NCBI GenBank assembly: GCA_000004985.1
Contig: GG738847.1
From: Naegleria gruberi
Taxonomy: Eukaryota
Reading direction: 5' to 3' (one strand)
Length of the DNA: 64,000 nucleotides
This document shows positions 11,450-22,789 of this stretch, in pieces. Numbering within the stretch: the first letter of the stretch is position 1; each line of letters begins with the position of its first letter. Made by a program: the position numbers and the translations under genes. Below the pieces are notes generated by a model. It did no database searches and was not told the origin of the DNA. It was given only the letters and a program-made list of their open reading frames with translations.

Positions 11450-14400
11450 TTACAAAAGGAAAACAGAGGCAATGGCCAAAAGGACAGCCAAGAGACTAGA
11501 GAAAACTGAAGCAGATGCACTCTTTACAGTGAGGGAAGTGAATTTGTTACCAAAATTGAGGGTTGGGAGAGAAAGGGTAACAGTAGCATCAGACAAGTCA
11601 ACAACCATTGGAGCATTCATAAATCCAGAGAATGTACTAGTAGCACAATCAATATCCAAATTGGTCTTAATCTTCATAGTATGGACCTTTCCATTTTGAC
11701 TAACTGGAACAACATAGAATGACAATCCATTTTCCAAGAGATGTCCCTTAAGAACAGTTGATGGTCCAAGATTTTGAGTGGCCTTAGCAGTTTCAGTATA
11801 GAGGACAATGGTACCATTGGCAAACCATGATGAAATATAACCAGTGTAGGAACCTTGAATTCTATCCAAGAGACCATCAGGATAAGCTGGGGCAACAACA
11901 CTCTTACGGAGTTGTTCAATAATTGGAGTGAAAATAATTGGAGCATTCTTGAGAGCAATATTGTTAGCAACTGGAGAGTTCAAAGAAGCTAAAGTAATCA
12001 TTACAAAATCAAGTTCTGGAACAACCAATGGTTTGGCATTGTAACCATAAACAGAACCTCCCTTAGTCAAGTAGAACAAGTTATTTTTGTTGTCATACAT
12101 GGTTTCAAAGGCACCCAAACCAATGGTGAACGTAGCATCGTTAGCCAAGAATGTTGGCATGAATTGTCTCATAGCATCCTTTGAAATTGGAACTGGACAA
12201 GCATTGGCATTGTTAAGAGAGCTATAAGTGAAACAAGAGAAGAATTTTAACATATCATTAGCAGTACTGTACATGCCACCAGCAGGTTCTTGAGCCAACA
12301 ACATGGTCAAATAATCTGGATCTCTACCAACAACCATCTTGGAAAGAATATCAGAAGTATAATCAAATCCAGTGTTTGACATGCCCAACTTGTCGAAAAT
12401 GTTAATCTTACAGAATTCTCTGAATGATTTACCTGTAATCAATTCAAGAACTCTACCCAAAATAGTAAAGTCTACATTACTGTAATAACGATCACTGATG
12501 GATGGAGCCATAAATTGCAACAAGTCAACAGTGGCTTTTCTGTATTCATCAAAAGTCATACTGCAATTATATGGGTCACAAGGGGAAGTTCTAGACAAAC
12601 CAGCACCATGGATCATTAATTGTCTGAAAGTAATCTTGTTAGTTGCTGTCGTAAAGTACTTGTTAGTATATTGGAAATCTTTAACATAGTTAGTGATTGG
12701 TTCATCAATACTCTTAATAATACCCAATTCTTGAGCAATCAAAGCAGCCATACTGGTAAAAACTTTAGTGACAGAGGCAACTCTAAAGATGGAATCGGCA
12801 GTAGGGGTTTCAGTTTCCTTACCCTTTGTACCAACTTGACCAACACCTTGGTTCATAACAACAGTATCTCTATATTTGGCAAGAATAATTCCTGATCCAT
12901 TCTTTGCGCCATTGTCAACCAAAATAGATTTAACCATGTTATTCTTGAGGTCTGTTAAAGCAGATTGAAGAGTTGAAACATCAATTTCTGCAGATCTTGG
13001 AAGAATGTTACATTTAGGGTTTGAATCAGCTGCCTTCAATGCTCTGACTTGAGACTTGAGGGATCTAGCACTTGCCTTTGGATTGACATCAGAACTAATC
13101 TTAGTGTAAGCAACGAACCAATCAAGACCTGGCATCCAGAAGTACAAGTTACCGTCCTTATCATTTGAGAATCTAAGAACTTCATTTCCGTAACCTCCCT
13201 TAAACAATGTCAAAGAATCGATATATGCAGCTTCTTGAATATCTCTAATAATGAAAGCATTATTTGGTTGGTAATCCAAATCAAAATTAACATAAATTCC
13301 ACCCAAATTAATGTTCATAATAGTTTGACCATCTTGATAATACAAAGTGGCATTGGTTCCATCAGCATTACACAAATAGGTACCTTGGTACTTGGCTTGA
13401 TCTTGAGCTGGAGGTAAAACAAATGCTGGCATGACAGACACATATTGACTCATAAGTGTTCCAACAGCCTTAGCATAAATTTGTTCAGCAATATATGTAG
13501 CAAAGACATCTCTATTGGAAGAAATTGAAATGATTGCAAACTTGTATTCTGGAACAAAGATCATGTGAGAAGAAAATCCGAGAACGTTTCCTCTCTTAGA
13601 TCTCTTCCATACGTTATACTTGCTATCGTGACTCATTTCAAAGGCAAAACCAGTTGCATTTTGAGCGTCTGGAGAAATATATTGAGGAGTGAAAAATTCA
13701 CGAACAGTTTGACGAGTAAGAATACTTTCATCATTCAAGATTGAGGAGGCATAATAGGTCAAATCTTGCAATGTAGAGTAAGCATCCATGGAACCTTCAC
13801 ACCAACCAGACTTTACTTCAGAATCGAATGTGATGGTGGCATTGCCAGCATAGCTTGGAGTAACGTGAGTGGAAACAGTGAGGAGATCAGAGACGAGACC
13901 AGAGTTGGACATGGAGGCACTTTTCATTACATCCTTAAGATTAGAAGAGACGGATTGGCCATTCATCTTGGCAAGAGCTTGACTCAACCAACAATAACCA
14001 AAGTCAGAATAAACTGGTACAGAGTATGGTTCATGTATAGCTGACGAATGTCCAGGAAGACCAGAATCGGTCATTGCCTTAACGACTTCATCACTAGAAA
14101 GATTACAATCAAAGAGTTTGCAAGGAGCTTGTCTACCGAGACCGCTCATGTGTGTGGATAATTGTCTCAAAGTTACAGAGGAAATTGGAAACTTGGAGAA
14201 TGTACTAGTGAGAGCATCATCGAGTTTCAACTTTCCAGCATCTCTCATTCTGAACATTTGAGTAGCAACCAACAACTTGGTCAAATCACCAATACGAACC
14301 TTAGTGGTGGCGTCACCATTTCCAGAGAACAAACTAATTGTGTTACCACCTGGATACACAATAGCACTAGCAGCAAAACCTGATGAAACTGTAAAGGCAG

Positions 14401-14506
14401 CATCTTGGATAGCTTGAGCATCACTTGGAGAAAACTTTGCGTCTAAGAATGTTGAGCAGAAAAGCAAGCAACTTAGAAGAATTACTAGAATTGTTGGTTT
14501 GAGCAT
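11450..14506 (-). CDS. Secreted protein with two beta-lactamase/penicillin-binding-protein-like serine hydrolase domains; hydrophobic C-terminus (GPI/TM-like)
   Basis: Signal peptide MLKPTILVILLSCLLFCSTFLDA. Second domain has SxxK motif SVTKVFTSMAALIAQELG; first domain is related but more degenerate. C-terminal SLLAVLLAIASVFLL. Single 1018-aa exon. Confidence 0.7.
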   Translation of the reverse strand: MLKPTILVILLSCLLFCSTFLDAKFSPSDAQAIQDAAFTVSSGFAASAIVYPGGNTISLFSGNGDATTKVRIGDLTKLLVATQMFRMRDAGKLKLDDALTSTFSKFPISSVTLRQLSTHMSGLGRQAPCKLFDCNLSSDEVVKAMTDSGLPGHSSAIHEPYSVPVYSDFGYCWLSQALAKMNGQSVSSNLKDVMKSASMSNSGLVSDLLTVSTHVTPSYAGNATITFDSEVKSGWCEGSMDAYSTLQDLTYYASSILNDESILTRQTVREFFTPQYISPDAQNATGFAFEMSHDSKYNVWKRSKRGNVLGFSSHMIFVPEYKFAIISISSNRDVFATYIAEQIYAKAVGTLMSQYVSVMPAFVLPPAQDQAKYQGTYLCNADGTNATLYYQDGQTIMNINLGGIYVNFDLDYQPNNAFIIRDIQEAAYIDSLTLFKGGYGNEVLRFSNDKDGNLYFWMPGLDWFVAYTKISSDVNPKASARSLKSQVRALKAADSNPKCNILPRSAEIDVSTLQSALTDLKNNMVKSILVDNGAKNGSGIILAKYRDTVVMNQGVGQVGTKGKETETPTADSIFRVASVTKVFTSMAALIAQELGIIKSIDEPITNYVKDFQYTNKYFTTATNKITFRQLMIHGAGLSRTSPCDPYNCSMTFDEYRKATVDLLQFMAPSISDRYYSNVDFTILGRVLELITGKSFREFCKINIFDKLGMSNTGFDYTSDILSKMVVGRDPDYLTMLLAQEPAGGMYSTANDMLKFFSCFTYSSLNNANACPVPISKDAMRQFMPTFLANDATFTIGLGAFETMYDNKNNLFYLTKGGSVYGYNAKPLVVPELDFVMITLASLNSPVANNIALKNAPIIFTPIIEQLRKSVVAPAYPDGLLDRIQGSYTGYISSWFANGTIVLYTETAKATQNLGPSTVLKGHLLENGLSFYVVPVSQNGKVHTMKIKTNLDIDCATSTFSGFMNAPMVVDLSDATVTLSLPTLNFGNKFTSLTVKSASASVFSSLLAVLLAIASVFLL

Positions 14507-15073
14507 TTTTTTGCTTTTATTTCATTGTGATAACAAGAAGCTTGGTTTTAAAACAATTTCGAGATACAGCCTTAAATTGCGTCTTTGAAAAAGTTTACAA
14601 CAATCTAGATTGTGTTTGGCTTGAATACTTGGAAGGTGAAATGAGCACGAGAGATGCGAGTCGAATGATTTTTTGGAAGGGCACTGTAATGGAAAAGGAC
14701 AAATGCCGTTTGAGAAATAAGCCAACATTCCATCATGAAAGAGGATAAATTCGTTGAGGATTAAGCGGAAGGGAATTGAGAGAATGAAGTAGTAGGGGAC
14801 AGGATGCAACAATTCAAATGGAATAGGGCGAGATATTTTGGAGCACAAATTATGAAAACAGGCGATCAAGCAATCGTGAACTTCAACTACAAGAAGAAAA
14901 GAATCCTTAATATTATTGTTTGTTACTTGATGATATTCATGTTATTGATGCAGATGAGTTGATAGAAAGACACCCGAAATATTTCAATTTGCATTATGCC
15001 ACTTCTTGTATATCACACATGGGATATTACAATTTTCTTGACTATTAGATAGATGGAAAAGATGAATGCTATT

Positions 15074-16152
15074 TTACATCATGCTACACTTTTCATTCTT
15101 GTTGGAAACCTGTAATACTTTTGCATCGTCTTTTAACACTAACTTGAGAATTTCACTGATCGAGTAGGATCCAAGATAATGTCTTCTTCCCAATTGTTCA
15201 AACATGGCCCTCAGACTCGAATTACTGGTGGCGTTCGTTTCAAAAATTTCACTGTTCGAAAGATCATACGTTTTGATTAATTGTCCAAGCTTCTTCTTAT
15301 ACTCATCAACTTGATTTCGATATGTTGGATCTGAATTTGAAAAATCAATCTTATTCAGTGCAAACATGACTGGGAAATCATTCACCACTGCATTCTTTGC
15401 TTTCACAATCAGCTCGATATTAAAAATCAATTCTTGCATAATGAAATTGTCAATGGATGATACCACAACAAAGGCTTGTCTGTATTTCATATACTGTTCT
15501 TTCATTGAACTGAATTCCTCTCCATGAATATCATCATTCAATTCCAATCTAATTGATTTTTCATCCACTCGAATAAATTTCAAATCCACATCTTCTATTG
15601 TTGGATCGTAACTGTTTCATATGATTTAAAGTTATGAAGGATTGGAATGTTTCACAATATTTACATACGTTAAACCATAATTGGAAAAAATTCATGAACA
15701 AATGAATTGATTATACTGGTCTTTCCACTTTTCCTACATCCAGTAACGAATATTCTAATATCTCCTGCTCTATTCTCTGAAACTGGATGCAGTAGTGTTC
15801 TTCTAGCATGTCTTGTCAATAGAATTTTCCTTTTCAAGCAATTCTTCTTAATCATTTCCAACTTTGCTTTTTCAATTTCTTTTGAATTACTTTCTGGTTG
15901 TTCCAATTCGAACACTTTCCACCAAAAATTATTTAAATATTCTCTCATTTCCATTCTAGAATTTAATCGACAACTCAAGCTCTCAAATATGGCCATCATT
16001 CTAATAGAATTTTTAACTGTTCCACGATCGGATAATGATGTGTCCACAACAAATTCTAAAATTTCTATCAAGATTTCACTTGGGATTTGCAGAAATAAAT
16101 TAAATTCTTGAGGGTGGCCATACTGATGTGAGTGTTTCTTGTGTTTCGACAT
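15074..16152 (-). CDS. F-box-like N-terminus fused to Ras-like (pseudo?)GTPase domain; 2 exons (about 15670..16152 and 15074..15611) with unresolved junction
   Basis: F-box-like IPSEILIEILEFV. P-loop IFVTGCRKSGKTSII in exon 1. Exon 2 opens with the Ras switch-I string YDPTIED, then a degenerate G3 LELNDDIHGEEF and G4 ALNKID. The intervening 56-nt GTATGT..AACAG intron is obvious, but exon 1 ends on TAA one base out of phase (see findings). Confidence 0.55.
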
Positions 16153-16355
16153 TTTTTTACTGGTTGTTGGAACTTTGGTTGTTGGCGCCAAAATTTGATT
16201 TGCTGTTTTCCAAAATTAAAAAATGTCAACACGAATTTGTGCTTGAATTGCATAATTCGGGATGTGTTGAACATTTGAGATGAACATTTAATAATTCGGA
16301 GGAATGAAGAAAATAATAAAATAATAGATGATTTATTGAGAAGTTTAGAAACCAT

Positions 16356-18616
16356 TTAAACTACAGTACAAATAATTATTACAATAATTGAACCGATGAT
16401 AGATCCACCAATTGAAGAAGAAGCACTTGAATTTCTATTACTTGGTTGAGGATTATTTGATGATTTGGATCCAATAGGTTTAGGAAGGGATGAAGAAACA
16501 GGAGTTTCAATCTTTTCCAAAACTCTGATACGAAAATTGGATGCATCCCCAATGAAAATCTTTCCACTCACAGGATCAATTGAAACATCATATGGATAGT
16601 ATAATTGAGATTGTGTGGAAAGAATGCCATCTTGATTATATCCTCCAATTCCATTTCCAGCAATGGTAGTCAAATTTCCATTTTGAATTCTTCTAATTTT
16701 GTGGTTATTAGTGTCAGCAATATAAATCACTTGCCCACTTTCATCAACTGTGACATCATATGGAGAGTTTACTCTGGATTCGAGAGCTGACATGTTGTCA
16801 TCATTGAAACCTGCCTGTCCTGTTCCTGCAATGGTGGAAATCATTCCAGTACTTGCTAATATTTTACGAATTCTATGATTCTGCTTGTCAGCAATGTACA
16901 CATTTCCCTTATTATCAACTGAAACGCCATGAGGAAGATAGAGTTTTGCCTCTGTTGCCATAATGACATCGCCATTATATCCAGCGGATCCAGTTCCAGC
17001 AATGGTTGAAATAATACCATTATTGGAAACCTTTCTAACACGATGATTGGAACGATCAGAGATGAAAAGTTCATCATTTCCATTCAATGCAATACCGAAT
17101 GGATAATTCAATTGAGAAGAAGTGGCTTGAATTCCATCCTTATTAAAACCAGAATTACCATTTCCAGCTATAGTTGAAATAGTGCCATTTGTGAATACAA
17201 TTCTCACTCTATGATTGTATGAATCTGATATGTAAATATTTCCAATAGAATCACTAGCAACACCATGAGGATAATTCAATTGAGCGTCTATTGCCAACAT
17301 TCCATCTCCATTGTATCCACCAATTCCATTACCAGCAATTGTCTTTACAGAACCATCTTTTGAAATTCTTCTCACGCGATGATTGGAACGATCACAGAAG
17401 ATTAATTCACCATCCTTGAAGGCCATAGAGGATGGATGATTAATTAATGTAGAGAGGGATGTAGCTCTATCACCATTGAAACGTTCAAAGCCAGTTCCTG
17501 CAATTGTTGAAATCATTCCATTGAGTTTGACAATTCTAATTACAAAATTATCAGTGTCCGTAATGATCAGCTCTCCATCATAACCGATGGTTACATCGGC
17601 TGGGCGACTGAGTTTGGCAGAGGTTGCTAGAACTTCCTCATCTCGAGAACCAGTAGTACCATTACCAGCAAGTGTTGAAATGATTCCACTACTATTGGAA
17701 ATGAGTCTAATTCGATGATTATTTCTATCTGCAATAATGATATTATCATTCGAGTCGATAGTGATACCATTGGGAGTATTTAATTTGGTAGTATTAGCTG
17801 GAATTCCATCACCAGAATAACCACTCACACCTGTTCCAGCAACAGTTGAAATAATACCACTATTTGAAACCTTTCTGATACGATGATTTTGACTATCAGC
17901 AATGAAGACCTCATTTAAACTATTCAAAGCAACAGTTGTTGGAAGATTCAAACTAGATAACGTTGCCAACATGTTATCACCATTATATTTACCATATCCA
18001 TCTGCATCTCCTTCTCCATTACCTGCAATAGTAATGATTGTTCCATTTGAAAAAACCTTTCTAATAAGATGATTAAATGTATCGCTGATATAAATTCCTC
18101 AGTATTTGGTTGACCAGGTTGAGACTTTACATAGATACCATGAGGATAATTCAATTTGGCTTGCATGGCAGTAGAATAATCACCAGAATAACCAGCACTT
18201 CCAACACCAGCCACAGTAATAATGGTACCATTCAATAATATCTTTCTAATTCTATGATTATACGTATCAGCAATATAAACCTCACCCAAATCATTTACAG
18301 CCACATCATATGGATAGTACAAGTGAGCTTGTGAGGAAAGAATACCATCTCCATTGTAACCAGCAAAGCCAGTACCAGCAATTGTAGTCATAGTTCCATT
18401 TGCAAGGATTTTTCTAACTCTATGGTTATAAGTGTCAGAAATGAAGTATTCTCCCTTGATTGGTCCAGTTGATACATCGAATGGCCAATTTAAGGATGAT
18501 TCCTTAGCAGGGAGAGAATCACCCAAACCACCTGCAAAAGTTTGAATGAGATAGTCTTGTCCAAAAACCAAGGATTGGACTAGTAAGATTGAAAGGAGTA
18601 GAAGGATTAATTTCAT
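16356..18616 (-). CDS. NHL-repeat protein with signal peptide and hydrophobic C-terminus; reading frame interrupted by a 1-nt frameshift near 18093
   Basis: ORFs 17948..18616 and 16356..17972 both consist of repeated YNHRIRKI...NGTIxTIAGTG units (NHL repeats). Signal peptide MKLILLLLSILLVQSLVFG. C-terminus IIGSIIVIIICTVV. The frames join if one A is added in GAGGAA(A)TTTATATC. Confidence 0.65.
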
Positions 18617-19263
18617 TTTTTAACACAATTCGAATTGTTATTGGGAAACAATTCTTGAGGTTAAATAGTTTCATTGTTAATAATTATGAGTAGGGTATTA
18701 ATGGTTGAATGTGTTGTGTGTAAAAAATAAGGTAGAGGAGAATTTAGTGATTGAAAATACTCTCAATTAGGAAGGAATAGGATAACATTCAATCAATTTG
18801 TATCTCATTCGTGTGATTTTCATTCACATTCAATGAATAGGTTGAGTTATTTAGGACTGGATTTAGATAAATGGATATTTGTTGAATGAGCTGTTTGAAT
18901 GGTATCGTTAGAAACTGATTGGTTTTGATTGGATTGGATTGAATTGACCATCCATTTTTGGTATTTGAAATGGTGGTGTGGGTTGTGTGGATTCATACTT
19001 GAATTATTTCTAACGAATGTAGCCAACATCATTTTCGACTTTGTGCATTCTAGCAATACAGAAATCTATTTAGAACTCAAAATGATATAGGAGAAAGAAA
19101 TCTTGTGCTACCTTTTTAGAAACAACGTGAATAATAATTATTGTAAAATGTAAGGTACTTGTTATTGTGAAACATTGGAAATCTCCCTCAGCTCTTAATA
19201 AATTTCCTTTATAAGAAAAGAGAAACTTGTATTTTGAAAAACTTGTATTCCTTAGAAATAAGT

Positions 19264-21030
19264 TTATTGGGAATCTTGGTTGAGCTTCTTGATTTCAGAC
19301 AATTGGAATCTACCGCTAGGATCGACTTCATACTTACTCCATGGCAACCACTTCTTGCAAGTCTTGGCACAAATATCAGATGGGAAGTGCTTTTCGAACA
19401 AGGTTCTATAATAGTAAGCTTCCTTAGAAATTGGAGTATTGTAAGGGAATCTTTCAGCAGCCTTAGCAAAGTCTTCGTCAGTGACTTGCTTGTCACAGAA
19501 TTCCTTCAAAGAGTCAATCCAACCGTGACCAACACCATCACCAAATTGAACCTTAGTTCTCCACAAAATTTCATCAGGAATCAAATCCAATCCATCAAAG
19601 GCCTTTCTAAGAACAAACTTTTCCATATTGTGTTCCTCACCATCAGTACCATGGTAGTGATGCAATTTATGATCTGGATGAATAGTCATGACAGTATCCA
19701 AAAAGTCCTTATCCAAGAATGGAACTCTAGCTTCCAAACCATGAGCCATGGTAGCTCTATCACATCTCATAACGTCAGCCAAGTGCAAGTTTCTAACCTT
19801 AGTAACCATTTCATCTTGTAATTGTTGAGAGTCCTTGGCATCTCTGAAATAGACATAACCACCAAACATTTCATCACTTCCTTCACCAGACAAGATAACA
19901 CGAATGTATTGAGAAGCCAAGTGAGAGAGCAAGAACATTGGTGTAGTAGCTCTAACAGTAGTGACATCATAAGATTCCAAGTGATAGACAACCTTTTCCA
20001 AAGCAGCAATACCTTCGTCAATAGCGAAAATGTGTTCATGGTGAACAGTGCCCAAGTGAGCAGCAACCTTTCTGGCAGCAACCAAATCGGAACTTTCATT
20101 TGCACCAATACCAATTGAGAAACTGTGCAAACGAGGTTGGTTAGTATACTTTTTAACAAGAGCAGCAACAAGTGAGGAGTCCAAACCACCACTCAAAAAG
20201 ACTCCCAATTCAACATCAGACATCATTCTCTTCTTAACAGCAGCCTCAAAACCTTCTCTAATCTTGACCAAATCAGTTTCTTCTGGCTTGTTGTAAACCT
20301 TGCTATCAAACCAAATTGGGTTATAATATTGTTCAATAACACCAAATTCTTGAGAAGAATGTTGAAGATAGACCATACCTGGTAAGAAGGTATCAATTTC
20401 ATAACAGCCAGCTGCACTCAAAACTTTCATTTCAGAGGCAAACCAGACACTGTCCATTTGTCCATCAACATTCTTCTTTCTACCCATGTAGAGAGGCTTG
20501 ATACCAATACGGTCACGAGCAGCAACCAAGGTTTGAGTAACAGAGTCATAGACAACAGTAGCAAAGTAACCATCCAATTTGGAAACAAATTCAACAGCAT
20601 CTTGAATGGTAATAACAGTCAATGGATCGACTTGACCTTTTTCAATTCTCTTCTTTTTAGCTTGTTCGTACAAGTGAAGAATACATTCAGAATCGGAATG
20701 AGTACGGTATTGGAATCCTTCCTTTTTCAATTCAGCATCAATGTCATCATGGTTATAAATTTCACCATTGTGAATGACAGCACAAGTTTCATCTTGTGAA
20801 AGAATTGGTTGTTTACCAGTAGTAAGATCAATAATGGACAAACGTTCATGAGCCATACAAGCATAGGATTCCTTGGCAGTGGAAAGAGGCCATACTTTAA
20901 TATCAGATTCAATTGGTCCTCTGTGAACGAGCAATTTGGATAAGGCACGAACTTCTTCCAACGCTTCTTGTCTTTGATCTTGACTAGCTTTTTCAGTGAG
21001 ATATCTCAAAACAAAGGTAATTCCGCACAT
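19264..21030 (-). CDS. asns: Asparagine synthetase (glutamine-hydrolysing)
   Basis: Starts MCGI (class II glutamine amidotransferase Cys2). PP-loop SGGLDSS. 588-aa single exon colinear with AsnB/ASNS. Confidence 0.9.
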   Translation of the reverse strand: MCGITFVLRYLTEKASQDQRQEALEEVRALSKLLVHRGPIESDIKVWPLSTAKESYACMAHERLSIIDLTTGKQPILSQDETCAVIHNGEIYNHDDIDAELKKEGFQYRTHSDSECILHLYEQAKKKRIEKGQVDPLTVITIQDAVEFVSKLDGYFATVVYDSVTQTLVAARDRIGIKPLYMGRKKNVDGQMDSVWFASEMKVLSAAGCYEIDTFLPGMVYLQHSSQEFGVIEQYYNPIWFDSKVYNKPEETDLVKIREGFEAAVKKRMMSDVELGVFLSGGLDSSLVAALVKKYTNQPRLHSFSIGIGANESSDLVAARKVAAHLGTVHHEHIFAIDEGIAALEKVVYHLESYDVTTVRATTPMFLLSHLASQYIRVILSGEGSDEMFGGYVYFRDAKDSQQLQDEMVTKVRNLHLADVMRCDRATMAHGLEARVPFLDKDFLDTVMTIHPDHKLHHYHGTDGEEHNMEKFVLRKAFDGLDLIPDEILWRTKVQFGDGVGHGWIDSLKEFCDKQVTDEDFAKAAERFPYNTPISKEAYYYRTLFEKHFPSDICAKTCKKWLPWSKYEVDPSGRFQLSEIKKLNQDSQ

Positions 21031-21841
21031 TGTCAGTTTGGTAAATGTTCTTCTTTAGCTACTTGGAGTGGTCTACGATAGGTAATGAGGCTAAGGCTGC
21101 AATAGACAAATAATTCGTCTGTGTTGATGGTTTGTTGACAATCTAATAATACTTGTTGCATAAACAAAAACTTTGAATAATACAAAGTAGGTACAAATGT
21201 TTCAAAGGTGAGAGAGAACTTCTTTTAAAAAGAATTGTATGGAGAGCAATAAATCGTGATGATTAAATCAATCGTGATTATTGTTGAGTGAAGTGTTTTT
21301 TTTTTCGCTTTTAAATGATGTGGAAATCTTGCTCGCTTTATATCTCGTTTGCGTCGATTTGCATCTTTGTATTTGTCAATTTTACCGTGAATAGAAGGCA
21401 TTACAGTGTTTTTACGGGGAATTGGATTGGTAAGGGCTCCGGAAAATCTCTAGCTGCTTTTTCAACCTTGCACAAAAAGATGACGACTCTGTGAGTTTAC
21501 AAGATAGGTGAACTAAATTGCACTCATTGTGTGTGAAAAGAATTTTAACACACCCATTCCCAAAGTTGATGTTGTGTGAAAAAGTTCTATTTTTACATGT
21601 TAAAATGATACACGTCACTCTGTTATTAAATACTTTTGCAGATTACAATGAGTATTTACGATGATGATGGTCAGTTTACGATTATTTAGTATGCAATTTG
21701 GAAGATACATGAAAGTCGAGGAATCTCTCATACATTACTGTAATACTAGAGTTTACAATATTGAACATTTACAGTCTACCACATTACAACAAGAAGAAAG
21801 TTAAATATTTGTTGTGTTCAATTAGTTCATTCTATTAAAAG
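21031..21841. promoter_or_regulatory. Divergent intergenic region between asparagine synthetase (-) and ATP23 (+)
   Basis: About 800 bp. Contains a less AT-rich block (21300-21560) and a T10 run. Head-to-head gene arrangement. Confidence 0.3.
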
Positions 21842-22789
21842 AATATCAAAACCAATCAATTAAAAAATGCCATCAGTACAACATCAGCAACAATTGACTT
21901 TAATTCACCAACAGATAATAATACAAGTGAAGGAGGAATAGATTTTGATTCGGATTGGTGGGATCAAGAAATTAATTCAAAACCAAGAAGGGCATCAGGC
22001 CCAGTGTTTACCTCCGATAATGTCTATCATACCATTGAAAAATGTAGAAAGGATGCTGTGCACTTGTTACAGAGTGATGATAGAGTGAAGGAAATTGTGG
22101 CTGGAATTAAGAGTGGAAGATATGGTGGAACTAATATTTTAGATGAGGTATATATTGATATTTAATTATTGTTTAAATGGATTTATTGAATCCATTCAAT
22201 TTAATAATATTTATATTATGATTGAATTTTGAATTGGAAAATGAAATATAAAAAGGGACTCATTGTGGAAATGTGTCACGGAACACAACGATCAGATAAT
22301 TCATATTCAGGACTCTATGAACCAGTGAAGAGAATTAAAATTTGTTGTAATAGAAATGTGGGAATTTATGAATTGAGAAGGACACTCATTCACGAATTGG
22401 TTCATGCCTATGATTATGCGAGAGTGAGTTTTAAATTTTACTGATCATTGATATTAAAAAATTAATTGGAAATTATTTCATATTATTGGTATAATTAGGG
22501 ATTCAATAGAAGACATGGCTGTAAATTTAGAGCTTGTACAGTAAGTATAGCTATACTAATCTATTGAAATCTTACTCATTGTAATTAGGAAGTTAGAGCA
22601 TACATGTTGGGAGGAAGTTGTGATTTACCAATTGACTTGGCAAAATTTAATGGAGATCGAGAGGCATGCATTAAACATCATGCTTTCATGTCTGTAAACC
22701 CTTATTGTGACGACGCCACAAAGGTAATCAATGAGGTTTACCCTCAATGCCACAAGGATTATTCTCCAATTCAAAAAGATTCCCATTAA
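21842..22789 (+). CDS. atp23: Mitochondrial inner-membrane metalloprotease ATP23 homologue (exons: ?..22147, 22256..22423, 22499..22540, 22589..22789); 5' end unresolved
   Basis: HEXXH motif HELVHAYD. Downstream block FNRRHGCKFRACTEVRAYMLGGSC aligns with yeast/human ATP23 (SNLRHHACSEIRASSLSGEC). Introns of 108, 75 and 48 nt with GT..AG in phase. The conserved frame is open from 21839 but has no in-frame ATG; the ATG at 21867 is in another frame. Confidence 0.7.

Noticed and set aside
14522-14869. 115-aa ORF upstream of the beta-lactamase-like gene
   Set aside because: It lies in the promoter spacer, has a Cys/Phe/Leu-rich composition atypical of the local proteins, and has a matching antisense ORF. 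Likely non-coding.
16068-16355. 95-aa ORF on the - strand
   Set aside because: It overlaps the 5' part of the F-box/GTPase gene in another frame and continues into AT-rich spacer. Low-complexity Phe/Ile/Lys sequence.
19234-19821. 195-aa ORF on the + strand
   Set aside because: It lies entirely antisense within the well-supported asparagine synthetase CDS (19264..21030 -), so it is a chance open frame.
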